Shown one piece after another: positions 19,716 to 28,352 of a stretch of 64,000 bases of DNA. Numbering within the stretch: the stretch's first letter is position 1; every line of letters starts with the position of its first letter. Source of the DNA: Candidatus Methanomethylicaceae archaeon GD_Cm_T35_P0_bin.15 (GTDB lineage Archaea; Thermoproteota; Methanomethylicia; Methanomethylicales; Methanomethylicaceae); assembly GCA_038801785.1 (NCBI GenBank), contig JAULTD010000003.1, positions 218,021 to 282,020 on the forward strand, written 5' to 3'. A program made the position numbers and the translations under genes. The notes under the pieces are model-generated. The model ran no database searches, was not told the DNA's origin, and saw nothing but the letters and a program-made list of their open reading frames with translations.

Positions 19716-20507
19716 TTGAAGCTCGATGGCATCCTGGCTGACATCGACGGCGTGCTGAAGATCAAGGACGAGAGGAGGGAGGAGGTGATCACCCTCTCGA
19801 GGGAGATCATCCGGAAGGCGGGGAGTGCGGTCTTCTCCACCCATAAGAAGGACGAGGGGGGGAGGGCTGCCAGCCTGGAGGCTGCCAGGCGGGCCCTTGA
19901 GAGGGCTCTCGAGATCTGCAGATCCCAGCCGGAGTTCCTCTTCGTCGGGCCGCTGCCCCAAGCGTTCCAGGAGTTTGCGGAGGCATCGATCCTGTCGGCG
20001 CTGGTAGAGGGTGGGGAGGTGCCCTCCCCGAAGGAGCTGAAGGTCCCGGTCGAGTCCTACGTGACCGGCCTGGCAGATGCGGTGAGCGAGATGAGGAGGT
20101 ACGCCCTGGACTCGCTGAGGAGAGACGATTTCGGCGAGGCGGAGAGGGCGCTCACGATCATGGACGACACCTACAGCGTCCTCAGAAAGTTGGACTACCC
20201 CCGAGCGGTCATACCCAACCTCAGGAGCAAGGTCGATGCCATCAGGAGGGTCCTCGAGGCGACGAGGGGGGACGTCACGCTCTCCCACCAGGGGCTCCTG
20301 ATCAGGGGCAGCATAGACCGGGCCCTGAGGACGGGCATGGCGGATAGCTGGGAGGGGAAGGGGAGGGGAAGGGGAGGGGAAGAAGGAGAGGGAGAGGGAA
20401 AGGGAAAGGGAGAGGGAAGGGGGGGAGGGGCTGCGGAGGGGGGAGTAGAAAAAGGGATAGGACGGGAAGGGGGAGAAAGGGGAGAAGAGACGGAGAAGCG
20501 GGAGTAG
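19716..20507 (+). CDS. Translin-family protein with G/E/K/R low-complexity tail
   Basis: QEFAEASIL ... YVTGLADAVSEMRRYALDSLRRDDF ... matches the translin helical signature. The last ~60 aa are GKGRGRGGEEGEGEGKGKGEGRGGG-like. Confidence 0.7.
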   Translation: MKLDGILADIDGVLKIKDERREEVITLSREIIRKAGSAVFSTHKKDEGGRAASLEAARRALERALEICRSQPEFLFVGPLPQAFQEFAEASILSALVEGGEVPSPKELKVPVESYVTGLADAVSEMRRYALDSLRRDDFGEAERALTIMDDTYSVLRKLDYPRAVIPNLRSKVDAIRRVLEATRGDVTLSHQGLLIRGSIDRALRTGMADSWEGKGRGRGGEEGEGEGKGKGEGRGGGAAEGGVEKGIGREGGERGEETEKRE

Positions 20508-20516
20508 GGACAGATC

Positions 20517-22187
20517 ATGCGTCTAAATACAAAGGAGATCCTCGAGAAGGCCGATGCTGACTTCGAGAAGGCATGGAGAGAGACGGGCAGCCTCCTCACG
20601 GGTAAGGGAATCACCGAGAGGGAGGGGAAGAAGGGGACGAGGCATGTCCTCGTCGAGACGATGAACCTGCTGAGAGAAATCTACCTGGACCTCGGCTTCG
20701 ATGAGGTGGTGAACCCCATGATAGTCGAGGAGGCAGACATCTACAAGCAGTACGGGCACGAGGCCCCAGCCATCTTGGACAGGTGCTACTACCTCGCAAC
20801 CATCCCGAGACCGGATATCGGGATCAGCGCGGAGAAGATCCAGAAGATAAAGGAGCTCGGGGGCCCCACGGACGAGGAGGCCCTCGGTAAGCTTATGGAG
20901 ATATTCCACGATTACAAGAAGGGGAGGGTTGAGGGCGACGATCTCGTCGAGAAGATCTCCGACTCTCTCGGTATCTCAGATTGTCTAGTCCTAAGGATAC
21001 TCGACACCGTCTTCCCGGAGTTCAGGAAGCTCGAGGCCTCGCCATCGAAACTGCTCCTGAGGTCGCACATGACTAGCGCCTGGTTCCTGACGCTGGAGGC
21101 GGTCCAGCACAAACTTGAGAAGCCGGTCAAGCTCTTCTCCGTCGGCCTCAGGGCGAGGAGGGAGCAGCAGGAGGATGCGACCCACCTGAGGTTCCACCAC
21201 GCTGCCTCATCGGTGATAATGGACGAGGATGTCTCGATCGAGGACGGCAAGAGGGTCGCGGGTGCGGTGGCCAAGAGGCTGGGGTTCGGGGAGGTCAGGT
21301 TCGAGAGGAAGAAGGTAACGGCGAAGTACTATGCGCCGGAGACTGAGTACGAGGTCTTCGCCAAGACGGCGAACGGCGGATGGGTGGAGATCATGGACTT
21401 TGGGATGTACAGCCCGATAGCACTGGCCAGGTACGGCATCGAATTCCCGGTGCTGAACATAGGGATGGGCGTCGAGAGGATAGCGGCGCTGCTGCACAAG
21501 TTCGCCGACATAAGGGAGCTCTCGTACCCCCAGTTCTACGGCGAGTGGCTCCTCTCCGATGCGGACCTGGCGAGGCAGGTGGGGTTCATCGAGGCGCCCC
21601 TCACAGCAGAGGGGAAGAGGGTCGAGGAGGCTATAGTGAGGGCGATCGAGGAGCACAGGGACGCTGAGAGCCCCTGCGAGTTCATCGCGTACGAGGGGAG
21701 CGTCTGCGGGAAGAAGGTTACTGTGAAGGTGTTTGAGCACGATCCAAAGGTCAGGCTCGTCGGCCCGGCGGCGTTCAACCAGATAGTCGTCTACGATGCC
21801 AATATCATAGGGATCCCGGAGAAGGCGGCGGGTATGGAGAAATCAGAGATCGTCAGGGAGGCGCGCGAGAAGGGCGTGAGGACAGGCATAAGGTACCTTG
21901 ATGCTGTAGCCAAGATGGCGGCCGCCAGGATAGAGCGAGGGGGGAGCGCCGAGCTGCGGGTGAGGATGGCAAAGCTACCCAGCGACATCAACCTGAGGGT
22001 CTCGGATGTCGGAATGGCCTTCGTGACCGGCAGGAACGGCAGGATAGACGTGAGGGGACCGGTCTTCATAGGGGTCTCGTCGGAAGCGGAGGCGGAGACT
22101 GCTGGAATTGCAATGGCAGAGCCAGCTGGAACGGCTGAGGCAGCGGCACACGGAGGGGCCCGGGATATTCGATCCGAGGAGGGCTAG
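20517..22187 (+). CDS. sepS: O-phosphoserine--tRNA(Cys) ligase (SepRS)
   Basis: Recognised against my memory of M. jannaschii SepRS: DFEKAWRET, LRSHMTSAWF, YYAPETEYEVFA, MYSPIALARYGIEFPVLNIGMGVERIA, IDVRGPVFIG. Confidence 0.9.
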   Translation: MRLNTKEILEKADADFEKAWRETGSLLTGKGITEREGKKGTRHVLVETMNLLREIYLDLGFDEVVNPMIVEEADIYKQYGHEAPAILDRCYYLATIPRPDIGISAEKIQKIKELGGPTDEEALGKLMEIFHDYKKGRVEGDDLVEKISDSLGISDCLVLRILDTVFPEFRKLEASPSKLLLRSHMTSAWFLTLEAVQHKLEKPVKLFSVGLRARREQQEDATHLRFHHAASSVIMDEDVSIEDGKRVAGAVAKRLGFGEVRFERKKVTAKYYAPETEYEVFAKTANGGWVEIMDFGMYSPIALARYGIEFPVLNIGMGVERIAALLHKFADIRELSYPQFYGEWLLSDADLARQVGFIEAPLTAEGKRVEEAIVRAIEEHRDAESPCEFIAYEGSVCGKKVTVKVFEHDPKVRLVGPAAFNQIVVYDANIIGIPEKAAGMEKSEIVREAREKGVRTGIRYLDAVAKMAAARIERGGSAELRVRMAKLPSDINLRVSDVGMAFVTGRNGRIDVRGPVFIGVSSEAEAETAGIAMAEPAGTAEAAAHGGARDIRSEEG

Positions 22188-22830
22188 GACGGCACAGGGA
22201 CTGCTCTCGAGGCGAGTCGTCGAGGAGTACCCCAGGAGCAAGGTCATATCTGTCTGTGGCATGGATGTCTCTTACCGGCCCGACGGGCGGAGGGGAGCGG
22301 GCACTGCCGTCGTCATGTCATACCCCGAAATGGAGGTGGTCGAGGTTCGGACGGTGCACGGGGAGGCGGCAGTCCCGTACATCCCCTCTTTTCTGGCATT
22401 CCGGGAGATGCCCTACTTCGCGAGGCTGATGTGGAGGGTGTCGTCGCGCCCATCGGTCTTCATGATCCACGGCCACGGCAGGTGCCATCCGATGCGCCTC
22501 GGATCCGCGTCGCACTTCGGCGTGGTCTTCGATGTGCCGACGATCGGAGTGGCAAGCAGGCCCCTCGGGAGGGGGGAGGCAGCTGGCAGCGGCATGTGCG
22601 GGGAGGGGTCGGGCAGGGAGGACGTCCTGTCAGGAGGAGAGCCGGTCGCCAGGGTACTGAGGGAGGGGGCGAAGGGCATCTATGTCAGCGTGGGGCACAG
22701 GATCAGCCTCGACCTGGCGGAGGAGGTGACGAGGAGATGCCTCCGCGACCACAGGATGCCAGAGCCTTTATTTCTAGCCGACAAGATCTCCAGAGATGCA
22801 GTAAGAGGCGTTGCGGATGAGCATAAGTAG
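22108..22830 (+). CDS. nfi: Endonuclease V
   Basis: GMDVSY ... VPYIPSFLAFRE ... HGHGRCHPMRLGSASHFGV ... PTIGVA. The only canonical start (ATG 22108) overlaps sepS by 80 nt. Confidence 0.8.
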   Translation: MQWQSQLERLRQRHTEGPGIFDPRRARTAQGLLSRRVVEEYPRSKVISVCGMDVSYRPDGRRGAGTAVVMSYPEMEVVEVRTVHGEAAVPYIPSFLAFREMPYFARLMWRVSSRPSVFMIHGHGRCHPMRLGSASHFGVVFDVPTIGVASRPLGRGEAAGSGMCGEGSGREDVLSGGEPVARVLREGAKGIYVSVGHRISLDLAEEVTRRCLRDHRMPEPLFLADKISRDAVRGVADEHK

Positions 22831-23491
22831 CGATCAATGGTTCTCACTATTCCAGATCTTCAGGATGGGCGGGCACAGGAGGCAGATCCTCCTAGGTACC
22901 AACGACTTTGGGAAGATGATGGGCGCATCACAGCAGACCGCGTCGAGGAGGCTCTTCGAGCTGGCGAGCGAGGGGTATATAAGCAGGGACCTGACCCCCA
23001 AGGGCCAGATCATCTCAATCACCCCAAAGGGGCTCGCGGCCCTGAGGGAGGTGCAGACCGCGCTCAACAGGGGGTTCGAGGAGGGGGAGAGGATCATCTT
23101 CGTCAACGGCACGGTCTTCTCCGGCTACGGGGAGGGGGCGTACTACGTCACGAAGGGCGGCTACCGCGATCAGTTTGTCGAGAAGCTCGGCTTTGAGCCC
23201 TTTCCGGGGACGCTCAACCTGAAGCTAAAGTCGGTGGCGGACATCAAGGCCAGGGACGACCTAGAGCACCTCTCGGGGATCGTGATAAAAGGCTTCGCCA
23301 ACGGTGAGAGGTCCTTCGGAGATGTCAAGTGCTTCAGGGCGTTGATAAATGAGGAGGTCGAGGGCGCTGTCCTGATGATACACAGGACGCACTACGGCCG
23401 GGACGTGCTCGAGGTAATCGCCAGAGAAAGCCTCCGCAGGAAGCTCGGCCTCAGGGACGGCGATCTCGTCCAGCTCAAGGTGCTCCTCTGA
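22811..23491 (+). CDS. ribK: wHTH-fused CTP-dependent riboflavin kinase (RbkR-like)
   Basis: N-terminal wHTH (GASQQTASRRLFELASEGYISR) plus archaeal riboflavin kinase core (G.VFSGYGEGAYYV ... GFEPFPGTLNLKL). Confidence 0.8.
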   Translation: MRMSISSDQWFSLFQIFRMGGHRRQILLGTNDFGKMMGASQQTASRRLFELASEGYISRDLTPKGQIISITPKGLAALREVQTALNRGFEEGERIIFVNGTVFSGYGEGAYYVTKGGYRDQFVEKLGFEPFPGTLNLKLKSVADIKARDDLEHLSGIVIKGFANGERSFGDVKCFRALINEEVEGAVLMIHRTHYGRDVLEVIARESLRRKLGLRDGDLVQLKVLL

Positions 23492-23499
23492 CCCGCACG

Positions 23500-23973
23500 C
23501 TAGCTGGGGCATCGGCCCGAATTTATGCGGGACTTTATCGTCGAGGAGCTGGTGTCGGCGTACTTCTCCAGGCGGACGATATTCTTGAAGCCTGCTTCCG
23601 TAACTGCCTCTTTGAGCCCGCCCTGGTCGTAGCCCAGAGCGATTATGTCTGGCTTCAGGGCATCTATGATCCGCCGTACGTCCATCCCCTCCATGCCGAG
23701 GATCGCCCTGTCGACGGGCTTGAGGGCCTCTACCAGCGCGCGGCGGTGCTCCTCAGGCATCAGGGGCGGCCTGCCCTTCTCCCTGAGGATCGTCGAGTCG
23801 CGGGCTACGACGACGATCAGCTCGGCGCCCGGGCCGCCCAGCTTCTTCGCCTCCTCCAGGTAGCGCAGGTGGCCGTAATGGAGCAGATCAAAGCATCCGG
23901 AGGCAAGGACCCTCACCGAGCGGCCCCCTCCCTCTCGACCGGGGCTATGGCTGAGCCTCGAATTCCCACTCAT
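23500..23973 (-). CDS. ribL: FAD synthase RibL-like cytidylyltransferase-family nucleotidyltransferase
   Basis: VLASGCFDLLHYGHLRYLEEAKKLG ... VVVARD. Convergent with ribK and followed by DUF357, as for archaeal ribL. Confidence 0.75.
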   Translation of the reverse strand: MSGNSRLSHSPGREGGGRSVRVLASGCFDLLHYGHLRYLEEAKKLGGPGAELIVVVARDSTILREKGRPPLMPEEHRRALVEALKPVDRAILGMEGMDVRRIIDALKPDIIALGYDQGGLKEAVTEAGFKNIVRLEKYADTSSSTIKSRINSGRCPS

Positions 23974-24235
23974 ATTTGAGCCACCCGAGGTTCCTGCAGG
24001 AATCGATCAGTCCCTCACAGTAGGCGATACAGACAAGTGCGGTAATAAAGTCTTTCTTTTCCAAGTAGTACTTGCCGTCTGCCAAGTACTGCTTCGAGAG
24101 CGAGACGTTCCTCAGCAGCCCTTCCTGCAGCCCCTTCTCGGCAGGGGGGACCATCTCCATCGTTCTGAAGATGTGGTCGGTGGCTCTGATGTACCGCTCC
24201 AGCTTCATCCTAGCCTCTTCCTCGAACCCTGCCAT
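23945..24235 (-). CDS. DUF357 family protein
   Basis: KQYLADGKYYLEKKDFITALVCIAYCEGLIDSCRNLGW matches the DUF357 pattern. Translationally coupled to neighbours. Confidence 0.65.
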   Translation of the reverse strand: MAGFEEEARMKLERYIRATDHIFRTMEMVPPAEKGLQEGLLRNVSLSKQYLADGKYYLEKKDFITALVCIAYCEGLIDSCRNLGWLKYEWEFEAQP

Positions 24236-25023
24236 TAGAGATACCTCCTGACCAGCGGCTCCGCCGCCCCCGCCAGGCGCATCAGAGCCTCTGCCTCCAT
24301 GAAGTGCAGCCTGCCGGGCACGATGAGCGCGTGTGGTGGCGGACCGAAGTCAGCGGAGGCGAGGTCGCCTGCCCTGCCGGCCCTCAGGAACTGCTCCGGG
24401 CCTCCCGCCCGCGCGATGCCGACAGTGAGGGTGGCAGGGGTGAAGACCCCCTCCCTGCGGCGGGACTCGGCCCCCAGCAGCAGCCTTACGCCCTCCGGCG
24501 CGGACATGAACCTCCCTTCGTCGGTGCGGATATCTAGGAATAGGAGGGTGTGGAGACCGGCGGCCCGGTTGAACTTCAGCGTATCGTAGGGGACGTCAGA
24601 CTCGGGCGGGGGGTAAGTCACCGTGGCGGACTTTCCGAACTTGTAGTTCTGGAGGCCGGCCGCGCCGGGGGCTACTGAGACAATGGAGGGGGCGTTGACC
24701 ACTTCGACGGGGATCCCCATCTTGGCGGCCCGGATTCGCAGGTCGATGTGGGTCGTGGCAATGAAGGGGTCGCCGGGGATGAGGAGGGCGACGCTCTTGG
24801 AGGAGGCGAGAGAGAGTATCTCGCGCCCGTCTTCGACCTCCTTCCTGCCCACGGCACGGGGCGCCCTCCCGAGGAGCTCCGCCAAGGACGCGGGGTTGAG
24901 GGCGGGCATAATATTCGTATACGTCTCGAGCAGGACCTCGTCGGCTCTGCGGGCCAGCTCGAGGCCGTAGAGGCTGATCCCCTTCTCATTGTAGAGTCCG
25001 AGGCCTATGAATATGAGCGCCAA
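24235..25023 (-). CDS. dphB: Diphthine synthase
   Basis: MALIFIGLGLYNEKGISL ... LLIPGDPFIATTH (tetrapyrrole methylase fold, Dph5 family). Confidence 0.9.
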   Translation of the reverse strand: MALIFIGLGLYNEKGISLYGLELARRADEVLLETYTNIMPALNPASLAELLGRAPRAVGRKEVEDGREILSLASSKSVALLIPGDPFIATTHIDLRIRAAKMGIPVEVVNAPSIVSVAPGAAGLQNYKFGKSATVTYPPPESDVPYDTLKFNRAAGLHTLLFLDIRTDEGRFMSAPEGVRLLLGAESRRREGVFTPATLTVGIARAGGPEQFLRAGRAGDLASADFGPPPHALIVPGRLHFMEAEALMRLAGAAEPLVRRYL

Positions 25024-25140
25024 GCAACATACCCAGAACTGATCTCAGGCAGCAGCCATAAAAGGATAGGCTTTGAAGGGCTTGACCGCCCTTGGGTCGA
25101 TCCCCTCCCAGAGGCACTCGGAGGGAAGCCCCCTGCCGAT

Positions 25141-25153
25141 AAAGTTAAATTAT
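25141..25153 (+). promoter_or_regulatory. TATA-like box upstream of tRNA-Lys
   Basis: AAAGTTAAATTAT is centred about 30 nt upstream of tRNA position 1. Confidence 0.45.
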
Positions 25154-25176
25154 GGTCTTTCGTTCCGTAAAGGGGA

Positions 25177-25294
25177 GGGCCTGTAGCTCAGTACGGTAGA
25201 GCGGCGGAGCTGGGCGATAACGATAGAATATAAAAAGCCCGCGCCGAGGCTCTTAACCCGTTGGCCAAGGGTTCAAATCCCTTCAGGCCCGCCA
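25177..25294 (+). tRNA. tRNA-Lys(CUU) with ~41-nt intron at a non-canonical position (about 30/31), CCA encoded
   Basis: Acceptor GGGCCTG/CAGGCCC, D arm GCTC-AGTACGGTA-GAGC, T arm AAGGG-TTCAAAT-CCCTT. Anticodon arm GCGG[41 nt]G-CTCTTAA-CCCGT forms only after removing AGCTGGGCG...GCCGAG. Confidence 0.7.
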
Positions 25295-25471
25295 CCAACT
25301 TTTTATGGTCTGGATGCAGGTTTTATTGCTTCAATTCCCATCGGTGCAGCGGCTGATCGGATTTACGGTGAAGGCCACGATGGCCCCCGGGTTCTGCCCC
25401 GACGATGTCAGGCCATACGTGGAAGCTTAGCCGCATACCAGAGGCATGGGTAACTCACCTGTCCAGGGGAG

Positions 25472-26044
25472 CTATGGGCTCGTTGGTTTGCCACGCCGAG
25501 CGTTGTTTTTTGTGAAGAGGCCCTCGAGGCAGTAGACGCTGAGCTTCGCCTTTATGGGGCATTTCGGCCCAAGGTCGCACCTGGGGCAGAGCTTGGAGAC
25601 GTCGCTCACGCCAAGCGTACCCATCTGTTCGTGGAGGGAGTAGAGCAGTTTCAGGTACTTGCCCTCGGCTATCCGGGGCAGGCCGTCCCTGCCGTCCAGT
25701 GTGTACCACTCATAGAGCCTCCTGTCGCCTTTTGACGAGTTGCAGTGCTTGCAGACCCATACTGCATTGTCGACTGATTCGGGGCCGTTCCTAGATCTGG
25801 GCAATATGTGGTCGAGCGTGAGGCTTTCCCTCGCGCCGCAGTAGATGCATTCGTTGGGCTTTTCGCGTTCCTTCATGTATTCCCTGATGGAAGTCGACCA
25901 ACTGATTTCGCCGGAGGAGAGCTTCTTGAACCGGTCCATAACAAAACCATAGTTGGTCTTCCCGGTGCCAGAAGACTCCGCTATGATCTTGGCATACTGC
26001 CAGAATATGAGGTCCCTTATGCTCTTTACAGCCGGTGGTGGCAA
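25472..26044 (-). CDS. HNH endonuclease
   Basis: CIYCG...LTLDHILPRSRNGPESVDNAVWVCKHCNSSKG (HNH/His-Me finger). Confidence 0.8.
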   Translation of the reverse strand: MPPPAVKSIRDLIFWQYAKIIAESSGTGKTNYGFVMDRFKKLSSGEISWSTSIREYMKEREKPNECIYCGARESLTLDHILPRSRNGPESVDNAVWVCKHCNSSKGDRRLYEWYTLDGRDGLPRIAEGKYLKLLYSLHEQMGTLGVSDVSKLCPRCDLGPKCPIKAKLSVYCLEGLFTKNNARRGKPTSP

Positions 26045-26418
26045 TAGCGCTCACCAGCCATACTATCAGCACCCGGTATACTAAAGCAGAGCGGAGGGGC
26101 GGGCGATTTCTATACCCTCGAAAAAGCTCTGGGCGCTCCGCAAGGACGTAAAATTGTTCCCTAGTGAGGCCCTTCAGTCGGAAATGGCTTTAAATCCATC
26201 CGGTCAACCATTGTTTTACTTTATATAGCATGCTGCTTGTGAAAACGGCGGCTGCAAAACAGAGCCGCGGTTTACCGAGAAGGTTCGTTTTATGTATATT
26301 TTTATTCAGTATAGATTTAAATAGCCCGGCGATCCCTAAGGATGAGCGTCGGAGGGCGTGTCAGTGAGGGATTCTGTTTGGACGGCCTTACAAGGGAGTT
26401 TCTCCGCGAAGTAAAATA

Positions 26419-27765
26419 TTGCACTATAAGAGGATAGAATATAGAAACCCCCTAGAAATATTCTCGAGGCTTTATCGCCAGCATAAATACGCGTTCCTTT
26501 TAGAGTCGATCGAAGGTTCCAAGAAACTAGCAGAGTTCTCATTCATAGGCTTCAACCCCAAGAGAGTGATTGTGGTTAGAAGCGAAAGGCAGGGGCTTTT
26601 AGAGGGTGGCAATGGATTTGCCGCAATAAACAGTGATCCCCTGTGGCAGGTAAGGGGGGAGGTAAAAACAACCCAAATTACAGACGGGCGATTCCGCCTC
26701 GCTGGAGGGGCGGTGGGGTACATCTCGTATGATACCGTCAGATATTGGGAGAGGCTCCCCGACGCAACCATAGACGATTTTCCCCTCCCCGACGTTGAGA
26801 TGGGGATATACGACGACGGCATAGTCTTCGATCATGCCGAGAGGGAGGCCTATTACTATTACTTGGATGAGGACAGGTCGGACTGCGTGAAAAGCCTCCA
26901 AGAGCCAACCGAGGAGGGGGGCTTCTGGTTCAGCGAGCCCGAATCCAATGTGTCCAAGGATGAATTCGAACGGGCAGTTGTGAAGGCAAAGAACTACATC
27001 TCTGATGGCGATATCTTTCAGGTAGTGCTCTCGAAGAGGTATGATTTCAATGTCCGCGGTAACCTAATAAAATTCTATGAGGCGTTGCGCGAGATCAATC
27101 CATCGCCGTATATGTACTTTTTAAAGCATGGAGAGCGGCAGATTGTAGGCGCTAGTCCTGAGATGCTGATGAGGGTTGAAAATGGAACGGTGGAAACATA
27201 CCCTATCGCCGGCACGCGCCCTGTACTCGGCGAATCCGCAAGGAATAAGGCTTTGTCGGAAGAGTTGCTGGCCGACCCAAAGGAGAGGGCAGAACATGTA
27301 ATGCTAGTCGATCTGGCTAGGAACGATATCGGTAAGATCTCCGAATATGGTACAGTCTCGGTTCCCGAATTCATGATGATCCATCGGTTCAGCCATGTGC
27401 AGCACATAGTTTCGAGGGTAGTTGGTCGCCTATCGCCGGATCGCGACGCTTTCGATACGATGAAGGCCATGTTGCCAGCCGGAACGCTCTCGGGCGCACC
27501 TAAGATCAGGGCGATGGAGATCATCAATGAGCTTGAGCGGACGAAGAGAGGCCCCTACGCCGGAGCGGTAGGATACTTCTCTTACAATGGCAACGCGGAC
27601 TTTGCAATAACCATCAGAACACTGGTCGCACAGGGCGAAAGGGCGTGCATCCAAGTGGGAGCAGGGATAGTTGCAGACTCCGTGCCTGAGCGCGAGTGGT
27701 TTGAGACCGAACATAAAGCAGGTGCATTGATGGAGGCACTAAAACAGGCGTGTGAAAAGTCATGA
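26419..27765 (+). CDS. trpE: Anthranilate synthase component I
   Basis: 448 aa chorismate-binding enzyme (GDIFQVVLS, LNPSPYMYF, GTLSGAPKIRAMEII, RGPYAGAVGY). TTG start. Confidence 0.92.
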   Translation: MHYKRIEYRNPLEIFSRLYRQHKYAFLLESIEGSKKLAEFSFIGFNPKRVIVVRSERQGLLEGGNGFAAINSDPLWQVRGEVKTTQITDGRFRLAGGAVGYISYDTVRYWERLPDATIDDFPLPDVEMGIYDDGIVFDHAEREAYYYYLDEDRSDCVKSLQEPTEEGGFWFSEPESNVSKDEFERAVVKAKNYISDGDIFQVVLSKRYDFNVRGNLIKFYEALREINPSPYMYFLKHGERQIVGASPEMLMRVENGTVETYPIAGTRPVLGESARNKALSEELLADPKERAEHVMLVDLARNDIGKISEYGTVSVPEFMMIHRFSHVQHIVSRVVGRLSPDRDAFDTMKAMLPAGTLSGAPKIRAMEIINELERTKRGPYAGAVGYFSYNGNADFAITIRTLVAQGERACIQVGAGIVADSVPEREWFETEHKAGALMEALKQACEKS

Positions 27766-28352
27766 GAGTATTGCTTATCGACAATTATGATTCGTTCGTA
27801 TACAATATAGCGCAATACCTCGGCGAGCTTGGTGCCTTGGTAATGGTAAAGAGGAACGACGAGGTCTCTGTAAAGAGGATCAGGGATCTGAGCCCCGACA
27901 GGCTCATCCTGTCGCCCGGACCCGGGACGCCGACTGACAAGAGGTATTTTGGTAACTGTATGACGATCATACGGAGCAGGAACGTCAACATACCCCTCTT
28001 GGGGATATGCCTCGGCCATCAGGGGATTGCGTATGCGTTTGGGGGGGAGGTCACCCATGCAAGCAGGCTCATGCATGGAAAGACGAGCATGGTAAAACAC
28101 GATGGCAAGGGAGTCTTTAAGGGCCTACCGAATCCCTTTGAGGCTGCACGTTATCACTCGCTCGTTGTAAACCCGTTCAGTATCCCGTCCTGTCTTAGAG
28201 TGTCGGCTTACTCCTTGGGCGACTGTGAGGTCATGGGCATACGCCATACCGAACGCAGGATTGAGGGCGTCCAGTTCCACCCAGAGTCCATTCTGACGAT
28301 CCACGGCATGCATATCCTGAAGAATTTTCTTGATGGGAGTCAGTTGCAATGA
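27762..28352 (+). CDS. trpG: Anthranilate synthase component II (glutamine amidotransferase)
   Basis: Contains LLIDNYDSFVYN, GICLGHQ and HPES. ATGA start/stop overlap with trpE. Confidence 0.92.
   Translation: MRVLLIDNYDSFVYNIAQYLGELGALVMVKRNDEVSVKRIRDLSPDRLILSPGPGTPTDKRYFGNCMTIIRSRNVNIPLLGICLGHQGIAYAFGGEVTHASRLMHGKTSMVKHDGKGVFKGLPNPFEAARYHSLVVNPFSIPSCLRVSAYSLGDCEVMGIRHTERRIEGVQFHPESILTIHGMHILKNFLDGSQLQ

Noticed and set aside
26045-26418. Leader-peptide attenuator or riboswitch upstream of trpE
   Set aside because: No small ORF with tandem Trp codons and no terminator/antiterminator pair is evident. I see only AT-rich TATA-like stretches and one short hairpin (GCGGCTGC...GCCGC).
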